From: a candidate division WOR-3 bacterium
GTDB lineage: Bacteria; Hydrothermota; Tepidihabitantia; Tepidihabitantales; CAIPLT01
Assembly: GCA_965649215.1 (NCBI GenBank)
Contig: CBFGJZ010000004.1
Coordinates: 16,538 to 72,964, forward strand
Length of the DNA stretch: 56,427 nt
Reading direction: 5' to 3'
The notes beneath the pieces are model-generated. The model was not told where the DNA came from and ran no database searches. It worked only from the letters and a program-made list of their open reading frames with translations. The translations under genes and the position numbers were made by a program. Positions 6,842 to 14,558 of this stretch are shown here, in pieces (position 1 is the stretch's first letter; each line of letters starts with the position of its first letter).

Positions 6842-8941
6842 ATGAAGAACCCAATTAAAACTCTACTTCCGCGCACTTATTTTCCCTTTTTTAGTCGATT
6901 TGGCAAATTAACTCAAGTCCAAGAACAAACAATTCCTGCAATTATCGCTGACCAAGATGTGCTTGTCGTATCACCATCGGCATCAGGCAAGACTGAAGCA
7001 GTAATCGCACCCCTGATTGAAAAAACCTTATCATTTGGTGAAAATCGATTTGTTCTTATCTATATCTCCCCAACTCGAGCATTGGTTAATGATTTATATC
7101 GTAGACTCATTGACCCTGTTTCGTATTTAGGATTAAAGATTGATAGAAAAACAGGTGATTATCCAACTATTAATGAAAAAGACCTACCTTTTATTTTATT
7201 AACTACGCCCGAGTCATTTGATTCGCTACTCTGCCGTCATCCTAAAATATTTGCTAATCTACAGGGCGTTATTCTTGATGAACTACATTTACTTAATAAT
7301 ACACCACGCGGTGATCAACTACGAATTTTATTGGTTCGGTTAGAAAGATTAATCAAAAGCGAGCCGCTTTTGTCATTACGAACTAAAGCAAATTATCCTT
7401 TTCTGAGATATGCAGCACTTTCCGCAACTGTTGATGACCTCACCATGGCAAATCAATATTTTCCCAATCCCACTAACATTCAAGTTATTTGTATAAAACA
7501 ATCCCGTGAAATTGACTATCAACTTATTTCTGCTCAAGATAATTTTATTCCCAAACTAATCAATCACTTTATTGAAAAAGACTTTAGAAAAATTCTTTGG
7601 TTTTTTAATGCTCGCAGTCTTGCCGAAGAATTTTTACAAATCTTAAAGCAAAAAAAGTGTCCTTATCCGGTCTGGGTTCATCATTCATCGCTATCCCGAA
7701 AAGAACGCGAACAAGTCGAGCATCTGATGATGAAAGAACCGCGCGGTATTCTCTGTGCCACTTCTACTTTGGAACTCGGTATTGATATTGGCGATGTTGA
7801 TTGTGTCGTTCAATATCGTCCCCCTTTCAATATTAGTTCGCTTCTCCAAAGAATTGGTCGTGGTAATCGTCGTAACCAAAATTATCTTTATGCAATTGGC
7901 ATCTATTTCTCATTTCTTGATAAAATATTATTTGAACTCTTTTTTGAATGTGCTAGAAGAGGAAATTTATATGAGCATTCTTATCAGCCTTGCTTATCCG
8001 TACTACCGCAACAAATTTTCTCCTATGCCTACCAAAGAAGACGCATTGGTCTAACTTACGAAGCATTTGAAAACATAACTCAACACTATCTAGATGACCA
8101 ACCCCATCTTAAAAACCAAATCTTTAATTATCTTATCAATCAAGATTATCTTACACCAATAAAATCAGGTATTTATAGTCTCACTCATAAACTTGAAAAA
8201 AAATTAGAATATGGTAAAATTCATTCTAATATCCAAGAAAAAAGTTTTGGCGCCTATTCCGTTTATAATGCCGAATCAGGTAGTTTTTTAGGTCAAGTCT
8301 TTTACTTAAGCGAACGATTTATACTTGGTGGTAAATCCTATGAATTATTGCGGGTAGAAGAAAAAGAGAAACGAGTTTTTGTACGATATTTAAAAGAAGT
8401 GAGTGGCACTACCAAAATATTTGAAGGCACGGGTACCATTGGCTATCATTATAAATTAATCCCCTTACTGATAAAAAAATTATTCTATAAGCATAACCTA
8501 ACGATAGAAGGGTTTCCTTATTTTATTGAAAACAAATATGTCCATCTTATCCATCTCTTAGGTGGGCTTTACGCATACATTTTGAAACAGGCATTACAAA
8601 AAGAAAACTATCAAATTACCGATGTATCTGGCTTAATGTTTATCTTTCCCCAGCCTAAATCAGGATTAATCAGTTTCCCCATACCCACTGAGACAACGAT
8701 ACGTGATGTTATAAAAGAAAATCTTATAAGATTAGAAGATAATCTCGGTTCAGGTGCTTTTTTCAAATATCTACCGCAAGAACTACAAGTCGAAGACCAC
8801 TATCGAGCACTGGATATGGCAGGTTTACTCGAATTTATCAAATCTCAGAAGTTGAGCAAAATCGCCCCGCAAGATTGGTTAAATTTTATAGACGACCAGC
8901 AAGATGATAACAAAACAATACAAGATATAGAAAAAGAATAA
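6842..8941 (+). CDS. Superfamily-2 DExH helicase, Lhr/BrxHI-like
   Basis: Q motif LTQVQEQ, I SPSASGKTEA, Ia SPTRALVND, Ib TTPES, II DELH, III SAT, V TSTLELGIDIG, VI QRIGRGNRR. The C-terminal half contains ..NAESGSFLGQVFYLSERFILGGKSYELLRVEEKEKRVFV, which resembles the Lhr-core C-terminal domain pattern. No Cys4 zinc cluster. Confidence 0.8.
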   Translation: MKNPIKTLLPRTYFPFFSRFGKLTQVQEQTIPAIIADQDVLVVSPSASGKTEAVIAPLIEKTLSFGENRFVLIYISPTRALVNDLYRRLIDPVSYLGLKIDRKTGDYPTINEKDLPFILLTTPESFDSLLCRHPKIFANLQGVILDELHLLNNTPRGDQLRILLVRLERLIKSEPLLSLRTKANYPFLRYAALSATVDDLTMANQYFPNPTNIQVICIKQSREIDYQLISAQDNFIPKLINHFIEKDFRKILWFFNARSLAEEFLQILKQKKCPYPVWVHHSSLSRKEREQVEHLMMKEPRGILCATSTLELGIDIGDVDCVVQYRPPFNISSLLQRIGRGNRRNQNYLYAIGIYFSFLDKILFELFFECARRGNLYEHSYQPCLSVLPQQIFSYAYQRRRIGLTYEAFENITQHYLDDQPHLKNQIFNYLINQDYLTPIKSGIYSLTHKLEKKLEYGKIHSNIQEKSFGAYSVYNAESGSFLGQVFYLSERFILGGKSYELLRVEEKEKRVFVRYLKEVSGTTKIFEGTGTIGYHYKLIPLLIKKLFYKHNLTIEGFPYFIENKYVHLIHLLGGLYAYILKQALQKENYQITDVSGLMFIFPQPKSGLISFPIPTETTIRDVIKENLIRLEDNLGSGAFFKYLPQELQVEDHYRALDMAGLLEFIKSQKLSKIAPQDWLNFIDDQQDDNKTIQDIEKE

Positions 8942-9036
8942 AACTTATAAACATCCCTGGCAATAAATATAGTCTCCTCGTACCCCAACAATTAATTTCA
9001 ATAAGATTGCATCTGTTTCATCTCTAATGTTATCAT

Positions 9037-9057
9037 TCTGAATTTATTTCAGATTTT
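9037..9057 (+). terminator. Weak AT-rich hairpin plus T-run downstream of the helicase gene
   Basis: TCTGAA (9037-9042), 5-nt loop, TTCAGA (9048-9053), then TTTT. The 6-bp stem is marginal. Confidence 0.25.
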
Positions 9058-9474
9058 CATTTCTCTTAATTAGTGCTTAGATTTTATTTAGAAATTAGAT
9101 TTTAGAAGTTAATAACTAAAGGGTCTCCCTGATAGCGTAGACAATCTATAAAACTATCCTATCGGTAATCCCGTGAGTTATCTGGTAGGATATCTAGGGG
9201 GTTACCCATAGGATATCCCACCCGTCGATCAGTTTTACTGTCTTGTCGGTAATCTTATCTGGTATCGTCTACCTTATCCTTTACACTAACAAAGAGATAG
9301 TCGATAATACTATCGAGTGTATTGCCGATAATACTAGAAACGGGTCTGGGTTATTTACGGTGCGAATCAATAACAAAGTTAAATAAATTAAATTTGTCCT
9401 CAACTTTCTTGATAATAAGAAAAGGTTATAGTTTTGTTTATTCTATTGAATATTCTAGATATACAATGTCAATC

Positions 9475-9503
9475 TTGACCCAAATTGTTTTTATACCTAT
9501 AAT
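9475..9503 (+). promoter_or_regulatory. Sigma70-type promoter for the aminopeptidase gene
   Basis: TTGACC (9475-9480), 17-nt spacer, TATAAT (9498-9503). It is followed by a ~70-nt leader with a strong SD GAGGAGG just before the ATG at 9581. Confidence 0.5.
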
Positions 9504-9580
9504 TAAATGCAGTTTATGTTACAAATAGAACTAAAAATCCCTAAATTTTAAGATGGAATTATCAAAATGAGGAGGAATAA

Positions 9581-10684
9581 ATGAAAGATATCAGAATCGA
9601 GCGTTGGGCTGATGTTTTAGTGAATTATTCATTGGGAGTTAAAAAAGGTGATTTAATGCAAATCAAATCAACTTATTTAGCTGACCCATTAATTAGAGAA
9701 GTTTATCGATTAGCATTGCAAAAAGGAGCTAATCCTTATGTTACATATTTTGGTGAAGGATTAACTGAAATCTTTTTTGAAGAAGCAAGTAAAGAACAGT
9801 TAGAATACATCTCACCGATCGAACGATTTGAAATTGAAAAGATTGATAAATATTTGTATATCATTGCTGAATTCAACCGAAAATCCTTATCTAACTTTGA
9901 TCCTAACCGATTGAGTTTACGGCGAAAAGCTACAGGTAAATTATTAGAACGACGCTTGGCTCGCGCCGCAAAAGGTGAAATGCGTTGGTCATTAACTGCT
10001 TATCCTGATAATGCCCAAGCCCAAGACGCTGAAATGTCACTAAACGAATTTGCTGAATTCATATTTGCTGCTGGCTATTTAAATGATAAAGACCCTATTA
10101 AAAAATGGCAGACCATTGCCAAAGAACAACAACGCTTAGTAAAAGTTTTAAGTAAAATTAAATATTTACATATCCAAACTAAAGGGACTGACTTGAAACT
10201 TTCGGTACAAGGTCGTAAATGGATTAGCTGCGAAGGTCATGAAAACTTTCCTGACGGCGAAGTCTTTACCACACCAATTGAAGACTCAGTTGAAGGAATG
10301 ATAACTTATACTTTCCCTTGCGTATATGCCGGACGGGAAGTAAATGACGTTGTGTTGAAGTTCAAAAATGGTGAAGTTGTTGAAGCTAAAGCATCAAAAG
10401 GTGAAGACTATCTGAAATCAATGATTATGATGGATGCTGGTGCTAAACGGATTGGTGAATTTGCTTTTGGTACTAATTATGGTATAACTAAACATATTAA
10501 AAATATTCTATTTGATGAAAAAATCGGCGGCACAATTCATTTAGCACTTGGTTCTTGTTACCCTGAAACTGGTGGCAAAAACAAATCAAGTCTCCATTGG
10601 GATATGATCTGCGATTTACGCAAAGATGCCGAAGTTCGTGGCGATGGTAAAATAATTTATCAAAATGGTAAATTTACGATCTAA
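9581..10684 (+). CDS. Aminopeptidase, M29 family (AmpS/PepS/aminopeptidase T-like)
   Basis: The N-terminus MKDIRIERWADVLVNYSLGVKKGDLMQIKS..ADPLIREVYRLALQKGANPYV is typical of M29. Size 367 aa; strong SD. Confidence 0.85.
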   Translation: MKDIRIERWADVLVNYSLGVKKGDLMQIKSTYLADPLIREVYRLALQKGANPYVTYFGEGLTEIFFEEASKEQLEYISPIERFEIEKIDKYLYIIAEFNRKSLSNFDPNRLSLRRKATGKLLERRLARAAKGEMRWSLTAYPDNAQAQDAEMSLNEFAEFIFAAGYLNDKDPIKKWQTIAKEQQRLVKVLSKIKYLHIQTKGTDLKLSVQGRKWISCEGHENFPDGEVFTTPIEDSVEGMITYTFPCVYAGREVNDVVLKFKNGEVVEAKASKGEDYLKSMIMMDAGAKRIGEFAFGTNYGITKHIKNILFDEKIGGTIHLALGSCYPETGGKNKSSLHWDMICDLRKDAEVRGDGKIIYQNGKFTI

Positions 10685-10736
10685 AGGAATCGTTTTTTAT
10701 TTAAATCAAGTCTAATAAGAATGAGAAAGGATAGAT

Positions 10737-11216
10737 ATGCCGATATTTTATTCACCAATTGAAGTCATTGAAATGGCTATAAAAACTGAAAAAACGGGTA
10801 ATGCGTTCTATACAAATGCTGCTACAAAAACGAAATCTAAAATTTTAAGTGAACTTTTTACTTATCTTGCTAAAGAAGAAACTAAACATGAAAAAACATA
10901 TAGTAAATTATATAAAACTATCAAGGATGATCCCCGAGCCCTACCTTTTGATCTTGATGAAATTCGTTTGTATTTACAAGCAATCACAGATTCCAAATTT
11001 TTTGAAGGACCTGACAAAGCATTAAGTTACATCACAAAAGCAAAAACACCCAAATCCTTACTTGACTTTGCGCTTCAATTTGAAAAAGAAACCATGCTAT
11101 TTTACTTAGAGATTCTTAATATGGTTAAAAGTGAACACAAACATTTAGTTGAAAAGATAATCAGCCAAGAAAAACAGCATATAAAAAAATTATCCGCAAT
11201 GAAGGAAAGTATCTAA
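10737..11216 (+). CDS. Rubrerythrin/ferritin-like diiron domain protein
   Basis: Four-helix-bundle pattern with paired E..H sites (EETKHE, QEKQHI) and MAIKTEKTGNAFY / FEKETMLFY helices. Confidence 0.7.
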   Translation: MPIFYSPIEVIEMAIKTEKTGNAFYTNAATKTKSKILSELFTYLAKEETKHEKTYSKLYKTIKDDPRALPFDLDEIRLYLQAITDSKFFEGPDKALSYITKAKTPKSLLDFALQFEKETMLFYLEILNMVKSEHKHLVEKIISQEKQHIKKLSAMKESI

Positions 11217-11220
11217 AACT

Positions 11221-11736
11221 ATGTCAACTTACGATCCAATTAAAGCATTAGAAATCGCAATCAGTACTGAAAAAAATGGTCTTAAGACCTATCTTGATTT
11301 TAGTTATAAAACGCAAGACATTTCTGGTAAAAATATGTTTATTCGATTAGCGGCTGATGAATTCGAACATATGACCATTTTGGAGAAACAACGAGAAAGT
11401 ATTCAAGAAAAAGAATGCTGGCTCACAGTTAAAATTGAACCATCTGAAATTGAAAAATTGATTCCTGAAATTAAAGCAAAATCAGCAAAAATCAAGGGTC
11501 GGGAAGGCCTCGACCAAATGGTCGCATTACGAACCGCTTTAGAAATGGAAGATCAAGCTATAAAATTTTACAAAGAACAAGCCCAACTTAGTACTGACCC
11601 CAAAGCTAAAGAAATGTATCAACGTTTAGTTGCGATGGAACAAGCCCATTATGAACTTATTCAAGCTGAAATCGATTATATTGAAAAAACTGGTTTTTGG
11701 TTTAATATTCAAGAATTTTCTTTAGAAATTGAATAA
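11221..11736 (+). CDS. Rubrerythrin/ferritin-like diiron domain protein (second copy)
   Basis: IAISTEKNGLKTY, ADEFEHM, ALEMEDQAIKFY and MEQAHYE motifs. Starts 4 nt after the previous stop. Confidence 0.7.
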   Translation: MSTYDPIKALEIAISTEKNGLKTYLDFSYKTQDISGKNMFIRLAADEFEHMTILEKQRESIQEKECWLTVKIEPSEIEKLIPEIKAKSAKIKGREGLDQMVALRTALEMEDQAIKFYKEQAQLSTDPKAKEMYQRLVAMEQAHYELIQAEIDYIEKTGFWFNIQEFSLEIE

Positions 11737-11767
11737 GTTTAATTATTACCAAATTTAAACTAAAAAT

Positions 11768-12331
11768 ATGTATTCAGAAAAAGTAATGGATCATTTTCGT
11801 AATCCCCGCAATGTCGGAGAAATTGCTGATGCCGACGGCATCGGAGAAGTAGGTAATCCTGTTTGTGGTGATATGATGACATTTTACATTAAGGTTAAAG
11901 ATAATCGATTGGTTGATGTTAAATTTAAAACTTTTGGTTGCGGTGCTGCAATTGCCGTTTCCAGTATGGTCTCAGAAATGGCAATTGGCAAAACCATTGA
12001 AGAAGCAATGAAAATAACCAATGCCGATGTCGCCAAAGAACTTGGTGGTTTACCACCCAATAAATTACATTGCTCAAACTTAGGTGCCGATGCACTCCAT
12101 AAAGCAATTGAAAACTATCTCAACAAAAAATCAAAAATTACAACTAAAACAGAAAAAGTGGAAGCACCCCAAGAAAAATTGGAATGCTATTGCCCATATT
12201 GCCATCAACCAGTTGAACCGCAAGCACCATTTTGTCGTCCCTGTAACAAACAGATAAAATATTGTTCTGCGTGTCAAAAACCTATTAGCAAAGATAATTC
12301 TCTCTGCCCGCATTGCGGAGAAAAACAATAG
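11768..12331 (+). CDS. iscU: Fe-S cluster scaffold IscU/NifU N-domain fused to a C-terminal double zinc-ribbon
   Basis: YSEKVMDHFRNPRNVG..GNPVCGDMM..FKTFGCGAAIA..LPPNKLHCSNLGADAL carries the three scaffold cysteines. The C-terminus carries CYCPYC..FCRPC..YCSAC..LCPHC. Confidence 0.85.
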   Translation: MYSEKVMDHFRNPRNVGEIADADGIGEVGNPVCGDMMTFYIKVKDNRLVDVKFKTFGCGAAIAVSSMVSEMAIGKTIEEAMKITNADVAKELGGLPPNKLHCSNLGADALHKAIENYLNKKSKITTKTEKVEAPQEKLECYCPYCHQPVEPQAPFCRPCNKQIKYCSACQKPISKDNSLCPHCGEKQ

Positions 12332-12345
12332 TTTAGGGAGGTAAA

Positions 12346-12636
12346 ATGGCAATCGTTGATATTAGCATTGTTCCGATTGGTACAAAAAATACGAGTGTTA
12401 GTGAATTTGTTCGCAAAAGCATTAAACTTATTAAAAAAAGCGGTCTTAAATATCAGGTCGGTGCCATGGGAACTACTATTGAAGGAGATCTTTCGGATAT
12501 CTTTGAACTTATCTTGCAAATTCACAAAGCACAAATAAAGATGGGTGCCAAACGTCTCCTCACAACTGTAAAAATTGATGATCGACGAGATAAAAAACAA
12601 AGTATTGAAGATAAAATAAAAGCTGCCACTAAATAA
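12346..12636 (+). CDS. MTH1187/YkoF-family (UPF0045) thiamine-binding-like protein
   Basis: MAIVDISIVPIGT..TSVSEFV....I..SGLKYQVGAMGTTIEGD pattern; ~96 aa. Confidence 0.75.
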   Translation: MAIVDISIVPIGTKNTSVSEFVRKSIKLIKKSGLKYQVGAMGTTIEGDLSDIFELILQIHKAQIKMGAKRLLTTVKIDDRRDKKQSIEDKIKAATK

Positions 12637-12651
12637 AAAATTTTACTTCAG

Positions 12652-12680
12652 TTGACGATAAATTGCATTTAAGTTAAAAT
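12652..12680 (+). promoter_or_regulatory. Sigma70-type promoter abutting the start codon at 12687
   Basis: TTGACG (12652-12657), 17-nt spacer, TAAAAT (12675-12680), only 6 nt before the ATG. Confidence 0.45.
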
Positions 12681-12686
12681 AATGAG

Positions 12687-14558
12687 ATGGGTATTTTTCA
12701 AAAATTACTTTTTTGTATCTTCTTAATCTTTAGCCTAAGCCAAACCCAAAATTTAAAAATTTACCAAATTGATGTAAATACTGGTGATGCGGCGTTAATT
12801 GTATCTCCGACCAATAAATATATTCTGATTGATGCTGGTCATATTGTCGGCAGTTATGGGGATACAGTTTTAGCATTATTACAAAATTTAGGAATTACTC
12901 ACTTAGATCATATAATTACTTCTCATCATCATGAAGATCATATTGGAGGAATTCCTCGTGTCATCTATGGTCTGAGCGGCAATGGTCAAAATGACTCAAT
13001 TTTAGGTTACTGTTATGATCGAGGTGATACTTACACAACAACAACTTTCCTTAATTATCGTAATGCGGCGGGAACGAAACGTCGCACTATTAATCCTGGT
13101 GATACGTTAAATTTAGGTGGTGGTGCTTTTATGTTCTGTGTCGTTCGCAATGGTAAATATATTAACGGAGATAGTGTTATCCCCTCTAGCGGTGAAAATT
13201 ATCGGTCGGTTGGTTTAGTCCTTCAATATGGTCGTTTTCGCTTTTTTACGGGTGGTGATCTAATTGGTTATAATGTCACAGGGGAACGCGATGTTGAAAC
13301 AAAATTAGCACCGCTTGTCAAAAAAGTCGATTTAATAAAAGTCAGTCATCACGGCAGTAGAAATAGTTCCAATCCAACTTTTTTAGATTCGCTCAGACCT
13401 AAAGCAGCTTTAATCTCGCAAGGTATAATTCCCACTAATAATGGACATCCCCATCAAGAAGCATTAGATCGCTTAGCGGCACGTAATATCTATATTTATC
13501 AGCTTAATGATAATCCAAGCGGCGGAATTATTCCTAACGGGCAAGGACAAATTCTTAACCGTACCGCAGTAGTCAGCGTGAATCATGCATCATTTTTAGT
13601 CAATAATGATGAATACATATTAGATGGAGTTATTCGGGATGGTGCTTGTTTAGAAATCATCTCGCCACGCGATACGGTTACTGAAGGTTCAAATGTTAAT
13701 CCAAGAGCAATAATAAAAAATTTTGGTAATGAACAAGAAGCATTTAAAGTGCGTTTTAAAATCGGAAATGTTTATCAACGCACTCAAACAATATATGGTT
13801 TACAACCAAATGATACTATGACCGTATGTTTTGATACTACATGGTACGCCATAAGAGGCAATTATCAGATTAGCTGCTCTACAGAAGTATTGGGAGATAC
13901 TGACCATCTTAATGATAAACAAACAGGAAGTGTTACAGTCGCTTTTTATGACAATACCATCGAACAAATATTAAATCCGGCTAACAACGCTATCTTTTAT
14001 TACAATCAAAACATTTACCCTTCTGCCATTATCAGAGATAATTCAGCTTATTGCTATCCAACTTCAATTAAAATCTTCTGTCAAATTAAAAATATCAACT
14101 CAATAGTCTATTCGGATTCTATAGACCATCTCTCTCGACCAGGGAGTATAGACACTGTTTATTTCCAACCATTTTATGTTCCCAATACTTATGAAGGTAC
14201 CCATATCTGTTCAGTTTGGGTAAGAAGGGAAAACGATCTAATACCAACAAACAATTTTCTAACCACTCAATTTTCAATTTTAGATCCCGCCGGCATCACT
14301 AACCAAGAGAAACCTTCTTATGATAAATTTAATGATCGGTTTAAAGAAGTTGTCTTTAAAATTTATAATGCAAATGGACAGTTATTAAAATCTCTAACTG
14401 TGACTAATCCAAATAAATCAATTAACTATAAAGCATTATATTTATTAACTAACTTAAAGCCCGGGATTTACTTTGTACAGTCAATTGCAATATCAATCAT
14501 TGACAATAAAAAAACAGTTTCAAGGCGAAAATTAGTTGTATTATCAACCAATAGATAA
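12687..14558 (+). CDS. Secreted ComEC-type metallo-beta-lactamase-fold hydrolase with CARDB-like domains and T9SS C-terminal sorting domain
   Basis: Signal peptide. HxHxDH motif SHHHEDHIGG and the later VSHHGS motif, as in the ComEC/Rec2 MBL domain. CARDB-like LEIISPRDTVTEGSNVNPRAIIKNFGN. CTD tail ..LKPGIYFVQSI..RKLVVL. Confidence 0.7.
   Translation: MGIFQKLLFCIFLIFSLSQTQNLKIYQIDVNTGDAALIVSPTNKYILIDAGHIVGSYGDTVLALLQNLGITHLDHIITSHHHEDHIGGIPRVIYGLSGNGQNDSILGYCYDRGDTYTTTTFLNYRNAAGTKRRTINPGDTLNLGGGAFMFCVVRNGKYINGDSVIPSSGENYRSVGLVLQYGRFRFFTGGDLIGYNVTGERDVETKLAPLVKKVDLIKVSHHGSRNSSNPTFLDSLRPKAALISQGIIPTNNGHPHQEALDRLAARNIYIYQLNDNPSGGIIPNGQGQILNRTAVVSVNHASFLVNNDEYILDGVIRDGACLEIISPRDTVTEGSNVNPRAIIKNFGNEQEAFKVRFKIGNVYQRTQTIYGLQPNDTMTVCFDTTWYAIRGNYQISCSTEVLGDTDHLNDKQTGSVTVAFYDNTIEQILNPANNAIFYYNQNIYPSAIIRDNSAYCYPTSIKIFCQIKNINSIVYSDSIDHLSRPGSIDTVYFQPFYVPNTYEGTHICSVWVRRENDLIPTNNFLTTQFSILDPAGITNQEKPSYDKFNDRFKEVVFKIYNANGQLLKSLTVTNPNKSINYKALYLLTNLKPGIYFVQSIAISIIDNKKTVSRRKLVVLSTNR

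Noticed and set aside
767-8054. Short overlapping ORFs 767-976, 2263-2457, 4036-4224, 6048-6230, 7691-7879 and 7755-8054
   Set aside because: All are embedded in, or antisense to, longer ORFs with clear domain content. They are typical frame shadows in AT-rich sequence.
3155-8941. Calling the locus a BREX (type 2/6) or Shango system outright
   Set aside because: The defining partners are absent. There is no PglX-like methyltransferase, PglZ alkaline-phosphatase-fold protein, PglW kinase or BrxA/B/C, and no protein in which I can see TerB-N/TerB-C. Only the ATPase-helicase core is shared, so it is reported as a candidate related but unassigned system.
9118-9347. Replication origin (DnaA-box cluster), because of the many TTATC/GATA words
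   Set aside because: None of the words matches the TTATCCACA consensus beyond TTATC (they are TTATCTGGT x2 and TTATCCTTT). No dnaA or dnaN gene is adjacent. gyrB, a usual origin neighbour, is 45 kb away at the other end of the window.
9322-9528. 68-aa ORF in the intergenic region
   Set aside because: It has a low-complexity, Ile/Leu/Ser-rich product and no SD. It overlaps the well-formed TTGACC-N17-TATAAT promoter of the aminopeptidase gene. It is most likely a chance ORF in AT-rich DNA.
12131-12600. Minus-strand ORFs 12131-12352 and 12274-12600 and plus-strand ORF 12356-12538
   Set aside because: They are shadow ORFs overlapping the recognisable iscU and MTH1187-family genes, and they have no motifs of their own.
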